This document shows positions 1 to 11,226 of a stretch of 32,943 nt of DNA, piece after piece (within the stretch, counting starts at the first letter, position 1; the number at the start of each line of letters is the position of its first letter). Location of the stretch: positions 139,738,967 to 139,771,909 of the forward strand of contig NC_068981.1 in NCBI RefSeq assembly GCF_001194135.2. Direction: 5' to 3'. Under the pieces are notes generated by a model. It did no database searches and had not been told where the DNA came from. It saw nothing but the letters and a program-made list of their open reading frames with translations. A program made the translations under genes and the position numbers. Origin of the DNA: Octopus bimaculoides (lineage: Eukaryota).

Positions 1-45
<45 letters not shown>

Positions 46-62
46 TTTACATATACATATAT

Positions 63-98
<36 letters not shown>

Positions 99-149
99 GT
101 ACATATATACATATATATATGTATGTGTGTGTGTGTGTGTGTGTGTGTG

Positions 150-192
<43 letters not shown>

Positions 193-230
193 GTGGTATA
201 CATACACACAAACACACATACACACACATT
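1..230. repeat. Compound (TA)n/(TG)n/(CA)n microsatellite
   Basis: Directly visible dinucleotide runs; explains ORFs 47..229 and 97..339. Confidence 0.97.
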
Positions 231-716
231 TATAGATATATGTTGGTGTAGAATTGTGAGTGTATACATATATGTATTTATTTATGGGCTGGTATTTATA
301 GGTTTATGTATTCATATGTTATACTATATATTTGAATGAGAGAGTGCAGAGTTATCGTCATATGATAAAACCATGTCTCAACTGAATAAAGTTATAATGT
401 TATATAAAAAAAATATAATTACTTTAGCCTAAAGCATTTAAAAATCACACGGGTTTGATTTGTCTGATGAGTGGAATATATAAAACCTATTATCTAGCCA
501 TTCACTTTAAGTGAAAAGGTGACTAAATGATGAGATTGTTGACTCGAGAGAGAACCTATATTTTTTTTATAGCAGCTGTCACGATGATGACAGCCCATTC
601 ATAATAATCTTCGATATAAAACATCAACGACGAAATACAACAAAAAAAATCACCACCACCACCACCACCACCAAGAACAAAAATAATTATTATTATAATC
701 ATGATGATGACTTCAA

Positions 717-1156
717 TTTTTGGCACAAGGCCAACAAGTTCGGGTTAAAGGTCAAGTCGATTACATCTACCTCAGTGATCAACTGGTACTTAATTTATCG
801 ACCCTGAAGTAATGAAAGGCAAAGTCGACCTCGGCGGATATTGAACTCAAAACGTAAAGACGGACGAAACGCCGCTATGCATTTTGCTCTGCATGCCAAC
901 TACTCTGACAGCTTGCCGCCTTAATATTAATAGTAATAATCCTTTCTACTAAAGTCACAAAGCCTGAAATTTGGGAGGATGTGTCTAATCGATATATCGA
1001 CCCTCGTGTTCTACTGGTATTTAATCTATCCTCTCCGAAATGATAAAAGGCAAAGTCGACCTCGGCGGAATTTGAACGCAGAACGTAGCGACTGGCGAAA
1101 TACGGCTAAGCATTTCGTCCAGCGTGCTAACGATTTTACTAGCGTACTGCCTTATA
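717..1156 (-). mobile_element. Two co-oriented copies of tRNA-derived SINE family A (717-924, 941-1156)
   Basis: The minus strand of 717-924 reads TTAAGGCGGCAAGCTGTCAGAGT (A-box-like) ... GAGTTCAATATCC (B-box-like) ... GTCGACTTTGCCTTTCAT ... GGTCGATAAATTAAGTACCAGT. The same motif set recurs about 17 times in the window. Confidence 0.9.
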
Positions 1157-1210
1157 CACATTAATGCTACTACTACTACTACTACTACTACTAATAATAA
1201 TAATAATGAT

Positions 1211-1556
1211 AACAAGAGCAACCAGAGAGCTCAAATCTCCGCCAAGGCAACACCAACGTCCTCTCAACAATTAGTCAGAGTTGATTTTTAAAATGAGAAT
1301 ATCTGAAGTAAACTCGACTCCTCTCACAAACAAGAATACTAAGAGAGGAACCCGACCGCCCTCAAAAATTGAGTAAAAGACAGCAAAAGTAATCCAGAAT
1401 CGTTGATCCAAAATTCTAATCAGTTCGTGTCGGTCACGAGGTCAAACATTCATGAAAGTTTCATCCAAATCCAGCAGTTCTTGAGATATCTTGTCCACAG
1501 ACAAACAAGCAAACACGACTGAAAACAATACCTCCGCCTTCGCTGAGGCAGAGATA
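1211..1556. mobile_element. Helentron-associated (HINE/DINE-1-like) non-autonomous element, tentative
   Basis: CTCCGCC near the left end (1237-1243), a CAAA-type repeat near the right end, and a terminal hairpin CTCCGCCT-tcgctg-AGGCAGAG (1532-1553, 7/8 pairs); flanked by (TAA)n. Class assigned from recalled element architecture. Confidence 0.5.
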
Positions 1557-1598
1557 ATAATAATAATAATAATGATAATAATAATAATAATAATTACA

Positions 1599-2118
1599 CC
1601 AGTGTCACTTTGATGGCATGCACTGCTCTCTTACTCAATAATAATAATAACAATAATAATAATAATAAGATTTGCTTGTCAGTTGTTTGACCTTAACCAG
1701 TTGAGCATGTCCTTTAGTGGCTGATGATATGTGCATCTCTGATCACGGGCAGAAGTAGTGGGGGAGCATCATAGCCATGTGTTGAGACGTAGTATTTGGG
1801 GTTTGAATAATTAACCTTTGGAAACGTGGGTGTTTTGCTCAACATCCTTAAACAAACCTTATTCAGGGATCTTTTGAGCAGGATGGGCTACTCGACCTGA
1901 AGAAAATTCTAAATGGGCCCCACCTGCGAGGTCATGCGCTGTTTATCTTGATATGAGATGACCATGTCACGCACATATGGTTGTGATGCATGTGCCTGGT
2001 GTACACTTATCAGACGGGTAGTCATGATGGGTATAATGGGCTTCGTATATTTGTACCCCAGTGTCACTTTGATGGCGTGCACTGCTCTCTCACTCAATAA
2101 TAATAATAATAATAATAA
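1599..2118 (+). mobile_element. (TAA)n-tailed interspersed retroposon: very short copy 1599-1640 and longer copy 1668-2099 sharing the same 3' end
   Basis: CCAGTGTCACTTTGATGGC(A/G)TGCACTGCTCTCT(T/C)ACTCAATAATAA occurs at 1599 and 2058, each followed by (TAA)n. Confidence 0.7.
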
Positions 2119-2121
2119 TTT

Positions 2122-2942
2122 CAATTTTTGGCGCAAAGCCAAGACGTTCTGGGTAGAGGGCAAGTCAATTACATCTACTCCAGTGTTCAATTGGTACTTA
2201 TTTTATCGACCCTGAAGTGACGAAAGGTAAACTCAACCTCGGCGGGATTCGAACATAGAAACGCCACTAAGCATGCTGCCCGGTGCACCAAGTATTCTAC
2301 CAGCTCGCCAATTTATTAGTAATAATAGTCATTTATACCATAGGCAAAAGGCCTGAAATTTTGGGGGGAGGGGAAGTGGATTATATCGATCCAGTACTCA
2401 ACTGGTACTTAATTTATCAACCTCAAAAGAATGGAAGGCAAAGTCGACCGCAACGGAATTTGAACTCAGAACCTGAGCGGACGAAATGCCGTGATGCATT
2501 TTGCCCGGTGTGCTAACGATTCTTATTTCTTTATTGCCCACAAGGGGCTAAACATAGAGGGGACAAACAAGGACAGACAAAGGGGTTAAGTCGATTACAT
2601 CGACCCCAGTGCGTAACTGGTACTTAATTTATCGACCCTGAAAGGATGAAAGGCAAAGTTGACCTCGGCGGAATTTGAACTCAGAACGTAACGGCAGACG
2701 AAATACCGCTAAGTATTTCGTCCAGCGTGCTAACGATTCTGCCAGCTCGCCGCCTTAATAATAATCTTTTCTACCCTAGATTGAAGATCTGAAATTCGGG
2801 GCAGGGAACTTGTCAATAACATCGACCTCAGTGTTTCTCTAGTACTTAATTTATCGACCCCGAAAAAGAACCATTTTGGGGGATGGGATGAGTCGATTAC
2901 ATCGACACCAGTATTCAGTTGGTACTTGTTTTATCGACCCTG
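2122..2942 (-). mobile_element. Cluster of five full or partial SINE family A copies (about 2122-2312, 2335-2520, 2525-2758, 2765-2862, 2875-2942)
   Basis: Repeated GTCGATTACATCGACCCCAG..AACTGGTACTT(A)ATTTATCGACCC..GAAAGGCAAAGTCGACCTCGGCGGAATTTGAACTCAGAAC motifs, all in the same orientation. Confidence 0.88.
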
Positions 2943-2944
2943 AT

Positions 2945-3420
2945 ATTGACCACATCATATCTGACAACCCGGTCTTTGCCAACACTTCATACGTTGAAAA
3001 CAGTTGACAGACTTGATGCATTATCCGGCAGAAAACCATGTAGCATGCATCGATCAAGATGAATCAAACAGAACAGATATTATTATCAAGAATTGAAAAA
3101 GGTAATTAATGTACTTCCATTTGGATTTCTTTTGAACAAAACATTGCCCGGAAGGAATTGGAGCATCGGTTAAAGTAAAAGAACCTTAATATTGAAATAA
3201 GCAGGGTGTAGGGCATGAAAGTTAAAACAGTATCTATAATAACTGGAGAAATGGGTATGTCAAAAATTGGGAGGAAATCTATAAAAGCTATACCAGACTA
3301 CACAATGATGCACACGATACAAATATTTAGAAGGCACCATCAATCCAATAGAACGACTCAAGTAATACATCCTATGCTCACAGCACATATCTTGTATAAT
3401 AAAAACCCATTAAAATAACA
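2945..3420 (+). mobile_element. Decayed R4/Dong-type non-LTR retrotransposon C-terminus (zinc finger plus restriction-like endonuclease region)
   Basis: Interrupted translation gives DHIISDNPVFANTSY (from 2948), NRTDIIIKN (from 3067, RPD-like) and LNIEISRV*GMKVKTVSIITGEMG, resembling the R4-clade pattern K..L.IEI.R.W.MK.K.VP..IGALG; many stops. Confidence 0.7.
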
Positions 3421-4104
3421 CCATTCGAAAAACACATACTTTACGGAATCGCGACTTAATAAATTCACTCATATTTTTATATAATCGATATCGGGCTCTA
3501 TACCACAAACAACCCTCTCAACTCACATTAGATAAAGTCACCGTTTATTAATATAAAACAACCCACGCAGCGTATAACCTGCATAATCAGTATCAACAAT
3601 AAAACACAACTACACCAATCAGAAAGCACATATGAAACACAAAAAGCACCTAGAAGTTGATACAACACATATTGCACATTCTCTGAATTGCAAATAAGAC
3701 ATTAAAATATCACTAGAAACAAAATATGATTCATAACAAGAGCAAAACAAGTACATACAAAGAGAGTTCTACATACCACAATAAGGGAATGCTGCATTCA
3801 CCTCAGTAACAAGTGTCTTAATTTAGTGGTGCTCTAGTAATTCGTATAAAATATTTGCATAACATCAACAACAACAGCAATAATAAAAATGATGATACGG
3901 CTCAGTTTTATTCTAATTCTAACAATACAGGCTATCTTCAAATATGCAACTGCGTGTTAAGAAAGAGTTTACAGAACATGTGTAGGTGTAGGCACATTGT
4001 TATATACGAACGAGAGATGAGGAATATGCTGTACAATGTAGGATATTACAAATTGATAAATAAGAGCAAATAAATTAGACCAAGTTTTCATATATGTGTG
4101 TGTG

Positions 4105-4507
4105 TGTGTACATATATTGTTGCTGGCACTCCGTCGGTATCGACGACGAGGGTTCCAGTTGATCCGATCAACGGAACAGCCTGCTCGTGAAATTAACTTG
4201 CATGTGGCTGAGCAATCCACAATCCACGTGTACACTTAAAGTAGTTCTCGGGGAGATTTAGCGTGACACAGAGTATGACAAGGCTGGCCCTTTGAAATAC
4301 AGGTACAACAGAAACAGGAAGAAAGAGTGAGAGAAAGTTGTGGTGAAAGAGTACAGCAGGGTTGACCAACATCCCCTGCCGGAGCCTCGTGGAGCTTTAG
4401 GTGTTTTCGCTCAATAAGCACTCCCAACACCCGGTCTGGGAATCGAAACCGCGATCCTACGACCGCGAATCCGCTGCCCTAACCACTGGGCCATTGCGCC
4501 TCCACGT
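4105..4507 (-). mobile_element. tRNA-derived SINE (family C), near full length
   Basis: Minus strand starts GTGGAGGCGCAATGGCCCAGTGGTTAGGGCAGCGG (A box) ... GGTTTCGATTCCC (B box), followed by a non-tRNA body about 300 nt long. Confidence 0.85.
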
Positions 4508-4899
4508 ACATATATGTGCATGACTAAAATAAGACGAATATGGGCAATTTGCACGTCAGGGAAATCAGGATTTGGGGTTGCCTATTATTCTAGTGCATTC
4601 GACCACCACATTAATTGGATAGTTATCTTCGAGGTTGTAAAATATATTGAACAGGTCAGGGCTCTCCTTTCGAACCACTATGACACTTATAAAATTGTGG
4701 AAGTTTGCTTCTCTTCTTGCAATTTAAATGCTTTCCATTTAGTCTGATTACTTTTAACAATGTTCTTTTGATCCCATTGTTACCGGCGGCGTATTACTCA
4801 CATCTACCCTGCATATCTTCGTTGTCGTCACGAGACTATAGGAAGGTCTTCTTAGGAAGGTGTACCCATCTTCCTGGCTGACGGCGCCTGAGACTAAAG

Positions 4900-5400
4900 A
4901 GGTAAGGATTTCTGTCGACATCATCAAAACTACAACTGATAATGCCAGTAGACATACTCTAGAAACAACAGCTTCTTGTCAGTGTTGTAAATATCGCTGA
5001 ATCTGCTATTCTTTTTTAGCGTTTCTCAACTTCTCATATGTACGAAATCCTCCGATTTTCGTTGCTGACACATGTGTTACAGCTAGGCACTTTTTCGTGG
5101 ACTACAAGTCACATATCCTTTACCTTCATACTCCAGATATGGCAAGTTTTGAAATGATGTTAAGGTCTTCGTGGGTAACTAGAAATTAGATATGCAATAA
5201 TACTCCACACAAAACTTTGTTTTATTTTTCCTTGATGTCTCTTCCATTACCGTCATTGCTGTTCCACAAAGCTTGACAACAAACCAATATCCTTCTTTAT
5301 TATTTCCAATCTTTTGCGTAACTCTCGTTTTGCACCGAACCATATATTGAGAAACTAGAATTTGAGTGAGTGGGTGTTTGATGCACCCGATTAAATTCCT
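4900..5400 (-). mobile_element. Highly decayed R4/Dong-type LINE endonuclease remnant
   Basis: Minus-strand fragments HEDLNIISKL / IWSMKVKDM and RIADSAIFTT parallel the motif seen at 3190-3300; many stops and frameshifts. Confidence 0.45.
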
Positions 5401-5578
5401 TCTTCAATTCACCCATAATGTAAAGAATTGGATATATTATTTCTTAGGCTTTATCCTGACTGACAGAGGAAATTATCACCCTACACATAGGTCAGGGTTA
5501 CTTCAAGCTAATTCCTTGAGAGCATAATTTTAAATAGAGAGAGAAAGGGAAAGAGAGAGGGAGAAAGAGAGGGAGAGA

Positions 5579-5635
5579 GAATCGAACTTGGAATCGTGGG
5601 ATTAGTAGCCCGCACTCTTAACCACTACGCCATAT
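5579..5635 (-). mobile_element. Isolated tRNA-like SINE head
   Basis: Minus strand TGGCGTAGTGGTTAAGAGTGCGGGCTACTAATCCCACGATTCCAAGTTCGATT: A and B boxes present, truncated by (GA)n, no acceptor stem. Confidence 0.65.
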
Positions 5636-5837
5636 TCTGCGTAATTTTCCTCCTCTCCCATCCTTAATCGAAGAGACATACAAAAATATGCCCTACAAAG
5701 AGACACAAATCTCCCAAACAAGTATATTCTCACCAAGATTTGAACTCATTTGTTCGTCTCTAACCTTTCTATATATCCACCAAACTTAATAGAAAATAAC
5801 AGGAGCAGCAGCAGCAACAACAACAGCAACACAAAGA

Positions 5838-5940
5838 TTCTTTTCTACTCTAGGCACAAAGCTCGAAATTGTGGGGGAAGGGGCCAGTCGATTAGATCAA
5901 CTCCAGTACGCAACTGGTACTTAATTTATCGACCCCGGCG
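5838..5940 (-). mobile_element. SINE family A, 3' half
   Basis: AGGCACAAAGC..GTCGATTAGATCAACTCCAGTACGCAACTGGTACTTAATTTATCGACCCC. Confidence 0.8.
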
Positions 5941-5977
5941 GAAATAATAACACAAATATTGATAGTGATTAGGTTTA

Positions 5978-6168
5978 AGACAGTGAGCTGGTAGAATCGC
6001 TTGTACGTCGGGGAAAATGTTTAGTCTAATTTCCGTTGAGGCCGACTTTGTCTTTCATCCTTTCGAGGTTGGTAAAATAAGTACCACTTGAGTACTGGGG
6101 ATCGATGTAATCGACTTAACCTCAAATTTTCTCTCAAAATCGATGACCTTGCACCAAAATGTTGAAGC
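5978..6168 (+). mobile_element. SINE family A copy
   Basis: GAGCTGGTAGAATCG..GCCGACTTTGTCTTTCATCCTTTCGAGGTTGGTAAAATAAGTACCAC..GATCGATGTAATCGACT. Confidence 0.8.
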
Positions 6169-6499
6169 TAATAATAATTATACTTTATTATATAGACCTT
6201 GTAAGGATAGCCAAAATGAATCTGGATAAGACATGAACTCGTGTCTATGTCGACGAATCAAATGAGAAATCAAATGCTGTGAGAAAAGTCATTTATATCA
6301 GCCTCAGATCTTGACTGGTACAAAGTGTGTTGACCATAGAGTTCGGCGGCTTTGCTTTCTCTCCTTCTAATTAACTGTACCTGCACGGTATATCCAGCTG
6401 TGATTTGAGTAGTTAACATGCCAAATAACAAGATGCACCAACCAATAAAAAAACACATCATTACTTCACTGTTCTGCAAATATCCATTAACATGATGAA

Positions 6500-7720
6500 A
6501 TAACGACGAAGAAAAAATGTTTAAACACTATACAAATAATGAGCACAAATTCAATAATGAAAATAAAACCATTAAGGATGTAATCATTGCGACAGTAAAT
6601 AACCAAGAGAAACCAAACACATGCAGAATGAAAAATTAACAAAACGTAAAAATCCAGACGTCAGCATATGTTAGGTTTTTGTCTAACAATAAACAAATAA
6701 ATAAATAACTAAAGCTAGAAATTTATCAAAAAAGACAGGAACATACATGAATCTCCGAGAGTTTTAAGGATGTACATCTCTAAAATAACGTTTTAATGTG
6801 ACAATTATTTAACAGCAGGAATACTTAAAGATAAATGTTCCTGGAAACCAACAGAATATTCACGCAAAGATAACATTCAAGGATGAAATTTCAACAATAA
6901 AATATACATGTCAATTTTAGATTTATTTGAAACAGAGACTCATACACCGATATTTCTAGGATAAATGAAATCATCTATGCAGAAACCACGGTAGGAGTGC
7001 ATGTAATTCAAACGTTTCATACAAGTGATTCTAAATTTAAGCAAACGATCTCATATAGAAAATAGAAGAAAAGATTGCCATTCCAGAGTAAAAGCAATAA
7101 CAAAAATAGGGAAATGAAAATAAAGGAGATATATAACACAAAAGTAAAACGTACAAAACGTATATAAAACCTTAAAAAAGTGTCTAAAATAAGAGTTCCT
7201 TGCTAAATTATAAGAAAAATCCGCCGCTATGAAAAACAGAAACACATCTTTGAACAAACTGAACATATCGTCTACAAAAGAAACGATCCTTCCAGGAAGC
7301 AAATAAAATGAAAATTAGAGTCTAATGCAACACTGGCAACAATAGAAATATAATATTTCTAGACGGGCAGTTAAGAGACCGACATGTGATATAATATTCA
7401 AATCTAGTACAACACATAACGGGAAACTTAGAAAGGAGGGAGAAAGAAATACGAAAAAGTAGATAAAACCACGCAAAACCTGAATTACTAAAGTATCGAA
7501 AATGACGAAATTATATAATTTTGACTAGAATATCTCATATTTAGGCACAAAGTGCTTAGAAAGTGCTTCATGATTTTAAAACGTCAGAGCCATTACCTGA
7601 ATGAGAATTTAATGGAAACTCCTTCGAATATTCCAAAACTAATTAAGCAACAAATCCTTAGAACGACAGATTCATGAAAAGCCAGTCTACATTTTAGAAT
7701 GCTTTAACATTAATATCATC
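6500..7720 (+). mobile_element. A-rich decayed LINE ORF, probably R4/Dong-type region N-terminal to the RT
   Basis: Strong A bias on plus; fragments KIRRYEKQKHIFEQ (about 7215-7260) and FMILKRQSHYLNENLMETPSNIPKLI (about 7565-7645) resemble R4-clade pre-RT motifs. No intact ORF. Confidence 0.35.
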
Positions 7721-7729
7721 GTTTACCAA

Positions 7730-7925
7730 TAGGGTGGCGAACTGAGAATCGTTAGCACGCCTGGCAAGAGGATTTAGCGGCATTTTGTCCGTTTTTACGT
7801 TCTGAGTTGAAATTATGCCTTTTTTCCTTTCGGGACGTTAAAATAAGAACCAGTCGAACACTGGGGTCAATTTAGTCGACTTACCCCTTCTCAGAAATCA
7901 CTGGCCTTATGCCAATTTTGAGACC
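7730..7925 (+). mobile_element. SINE family A copy
   Basis: GGTGGCGAACTGAGAATCGTTAGCACGCCTGGCAAG..TTAGCGGCATTTTGTCCGTTTTTACGTTCTGAGTTGAAATT. Confidence 0.85.
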
Positions 7926-8279
7926 GATATAATTCCTTATCAGTAAAAAGTATGCGTTTCCGGAAGAACAGAAATGATATCGTTAATGCCCAGATGCGTG
8001 CAAAGATTACTACTGAACAAGGCTATATCCAACAGCTGAATTAATTATCAAAACTTGACCTGAATTAATTACCAAAAAAATATTTCACAGTGTCCCTAAC
8101 TCGAGGGCTCTGGAAATATTAGCCATGGATACGACAGTTCCAATTACAAAGAGGTATATGAAATATTATTAAATGAAAACATTTTTACAGATTCAAGCGA
8201 ATACAGAAACTCTGAAAATGAAAGCTATTGCTATTAGAAAATGAATGTTCCAATGAAATAGATGATATTGCTTTCAAAT

Positions 8280-8833
8280 TTTAGCACAAGGCCAGCAATT
8301 TTGTGGAGAGGGCTAGTCGATTACATAGACCTCAGTGTTCGACTAGTATTTATTTTATCTACCCCGAAGGGATGAAAGGCAAAGTCAACATCGGCGGAAT
8401 TTGAACTCACAACGTAAAGACGGACGAAATGCTGCTACGCATTTTGCAAGGCGTGCTATTTATTCTGCCAGCTCAACGTCCTGAAACAAACAATTGCCAC
8501 CTCTTAGTAATTGTGGCTTTAATAAAGTATGATTAAGCAAATTAGATACCGATATACATGGCTTGGAATTGCAATCAACCATCTGTCTGTGGATGAAAAA
8601 AAAAAACACTGAAGATTTATATACTAGATTTAGGATAGTAATTTCAACGTTTGGTACAAGGCCAGCAATTTCGACTGAAGACCCCAATGCACAACTTGTA
8701 CTTATTTAAAACCCCGGAAGGATGAAAGGTAAAGTCGATCTCAACAGAATTTGAACTCAGAACATAAAGACAGATGAAATACCGCTAAACATTTTGCCCA
8801 GCATGCTATCGATTCTGCCAGCTCACTACCTTA
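8280..8833 (-). mobile_element. Two SINE family A copies (8280-8480, 8648-8833)
   Basis: Same diagnostic motifs as 717-924 (ACAAGGCCAGCAATTT..GATGAAAGG(C/T)AAAGTC..GAATTTGAACTCA..ATTCTGCCAGCTC). Confidence 0.88.
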
Positions 8834-10260
8834 CTAGAGTTATAACATTGTAAACAGGAAACTGAATGAATAGACGAAAATAGGAAAAACAATATCTTTA
8901 CTGAGACTGTACCTTATAAGAGCCGGCACAGGAAGATTATATTTTTGAAAACTAAGCGCAGGAAGGCTAACTATTTACATAAATAATCTAGTAAAGCATA
9001 GAATGTATGTAAACAAATATGTCCTGACATAAACAAAGCAAAACATTTGCTATCTTAAAGGAAGCGAAGGAATATAATACTGTATCTGAGGTAGGATGGA
9101 GCAATAACATAAATATTAAACAGCTGTGTGGCTAAATTGAAGAGAGACTTACAAAATGTCATACTCAAAATATACAGGAAAAAGAGTAAAACGGAAGTAG
9201 TAATAAAAAGACAATGAAACTGCAAATTGAGAAACAAGGGAATCAAAGTTGAAATCTCTACTGTATTGGCACTTATTTGTTTGAGCTGACGGGACTTGTG
9301 CGACTTTCAGTAAAGCACTGTCGATACATTCGCATCTCTTCACGACTCAGATATTTTGTATTTTATTACCAGGTTCTGAACTAAATAATGTGCCAGTTCT
9401 TCGTCCCAGCAATGTCAGTTCCCCGTCCCCCTGGTCATGTCCTTCTTGCAGCTATAATCGTGCAAGATCATAAGCGTAAATCCTACGGGGTCTTATGAGA
9501 GGGAGGTCTTTGCAGGTCCCTACCTCTAGCTCAAATAATAAAAATTCTGTGAATGATTACTATTTTACCATGCACTCCAGCAGGGTAGAACGCCTAACAG
9601 ATATATATATATATATATATATGAATACCGGTTTCTTTTTAACATGTTAAAGTCGATAATTCGAACTGAAACAGAAAATTGCCTAAGAAAAAGAACTGAT
9701 AATATAATTAACTGCTACGTTGAAAGTTTTCTCAGTATACTAGTTAATGAATATTTGCGATCTTGCAAGTTTTGACAAGTCGGAGATTTTATAAAAATTG
9801 AATATTTTTGCGCAAACCTGTTGTATATTATAATTTAGTTTCAGAATCAAGGCGTCGTAAAATGGTTTGTCATTAAATTCAATTTTAATAATAAGGTTTC
9901 CTTTATCTGTCAAGATTTTTTAAATGAAAGTTGCCATATCGGTATTTTTCCTCTTAATAGACATGCATAATGTCAAAATATAATGAATACGTTTAATTGT
10001 AAATTTAATCACGTGGACTCATTCTTTTTGTGATTATATAGGATTTTGCATTCTAATGTTTCTGGAATGTCATTGTTTTTCTTTAAATAATTCATAATAC
10101 TTAAATAGTTTTGTTACTTCACTTTTAGTGCTTCAGTATTGACCAATCACAAAGTATGATATAGAAGGAAATTATAATTCAGGCAGTCCAAATTTAGACT
10201 AAGAGATTAGTCAGAATAATGTCTGAATTCTGTTTTTGTAAATAATATCCAATAGCTAAT

Positions 10261-10295
<35 letters not shown>

Positions 10296-10689
10296 CTTCC
10301 AGTTATTACCCTTTTCTCCAGAGATATAAAAAAGTTAAATATAAAAAGTTATATATAAAATAGGTAAATGGCTTAATGTCTAAATGTACACTATAAATCA
10401 ACGATTAACGATAGTCAACATGTGTATTTCTCATGATGTGTACAGAATATCACGCTTAATTCGAAATAGGGACTGATAATTCTGAAACGATGAAAATAAT
10501 ACCGTTGTTTTTGTTGCCGCTGATCTTGTAATTTTGCTCCTGGTCAGGACTGCGCATGTAGACTCATATGGAAAGAAAGTCCACTTATGACAACTTCATT
10601 TACAATTTAGATATATTTTCAACAACATTACTATGGAGGAGGAGCACGAAGACGGTAGTATTGTGATAATAACGATAAAAAAAAATGAG

Positions 10690-11040
10690 ATGAGGAGAAA
10701 GAGAAATAGGATGCTCATGATGATGACGATGAAGACGACGACGACGACGACCACCACCACAACCACCACCACCACCACAACCACCACCACAACCACCACC
10801 ACCACCATCACCACAACCACCAGCACCAGCACCACTACCACTAACAAGATAAACGCTTGGACAATGATGATGACGTGACGATGATAGCAACGATGATTTT
10901 GAGGAAGACAATGATGAAGATGAAGATGATACTGATGATGACGAGATGACGAGCAGCAGGATGATGATGATGATGTGGGGCATGAGGACGGGGATGACAA
11001 TGACGACACTGATATCGACGATGGAGATTTTGATGGTGAG
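10690..11040. repeat. Trinucleotide low-complexity tract (GAT/GAC/ACC)n
   Basis: Visible runs of atg, acg and acc; source of the poly-T/V/G/S ORFs. Confidence 0.92.
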
Positions 11041-11141
11041 AACGATGAATTGGCATAGCAGATTGAGAAAGGAAGAGAATCACCTCGACCGAAACTTCAC
11101 TCTGGAATACTATATAGGACAGCTAACTCGCTTCAGAAAAT

Positions 11142-11142
<1 letters not shown>

Positions 11143-11226
<84 letters not shown>

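Noticed and set aside
47-339. ORFs rich in Y/I/T/H/V/C; the same type occurs at 11110-11824, 16881-17244, 19064-19447, 21726-22061, 22982-23569, 24824-25860 and 28714-29205
   Set aside because: Read-through of (TA)n, (CA)n and (GA)n repeats and N gaps; not coding evidence.
717-2942. Regularly recurring motif blocks as a possible CRISPR-like or other repeat-spacer array
   Set aside because: Units are about 200-nt diverged SINE copies with Pol III boxes; there are no identical short repeats with unique spacers, no cas genes, and the context is eukaryotic.
4430-4507. tRNA gene (also 5579-5635)
   Set aside because: A/B boxes are present, but there is no acceptor-stem closure and the sequence continues as a SINE body or is truncated.
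8091-8153. 63-nt AG..GT-bounded micro-exon candidate (VPNSRALEILAMDTTVPITK)
   Set aside because: Weak splice signals, no recognisable protein, and no partner exons.
9373-9475. GC-richer island with exon-like boundaries and a WSCPSC peptide reminiscent of a RanBP2 finger
   Set aside because: In-frame stop shortly after, wrong spacing for W-x-C-x2-C-x3-N, and no second Cys pair.
10596-11083. Gly/Ser/His-rich or poly-Thr/Val ORFs that look like a structural protein
   Set aside because: Open in several frames on both strands because the DNA is trinucleotide repeat; no unique domain.
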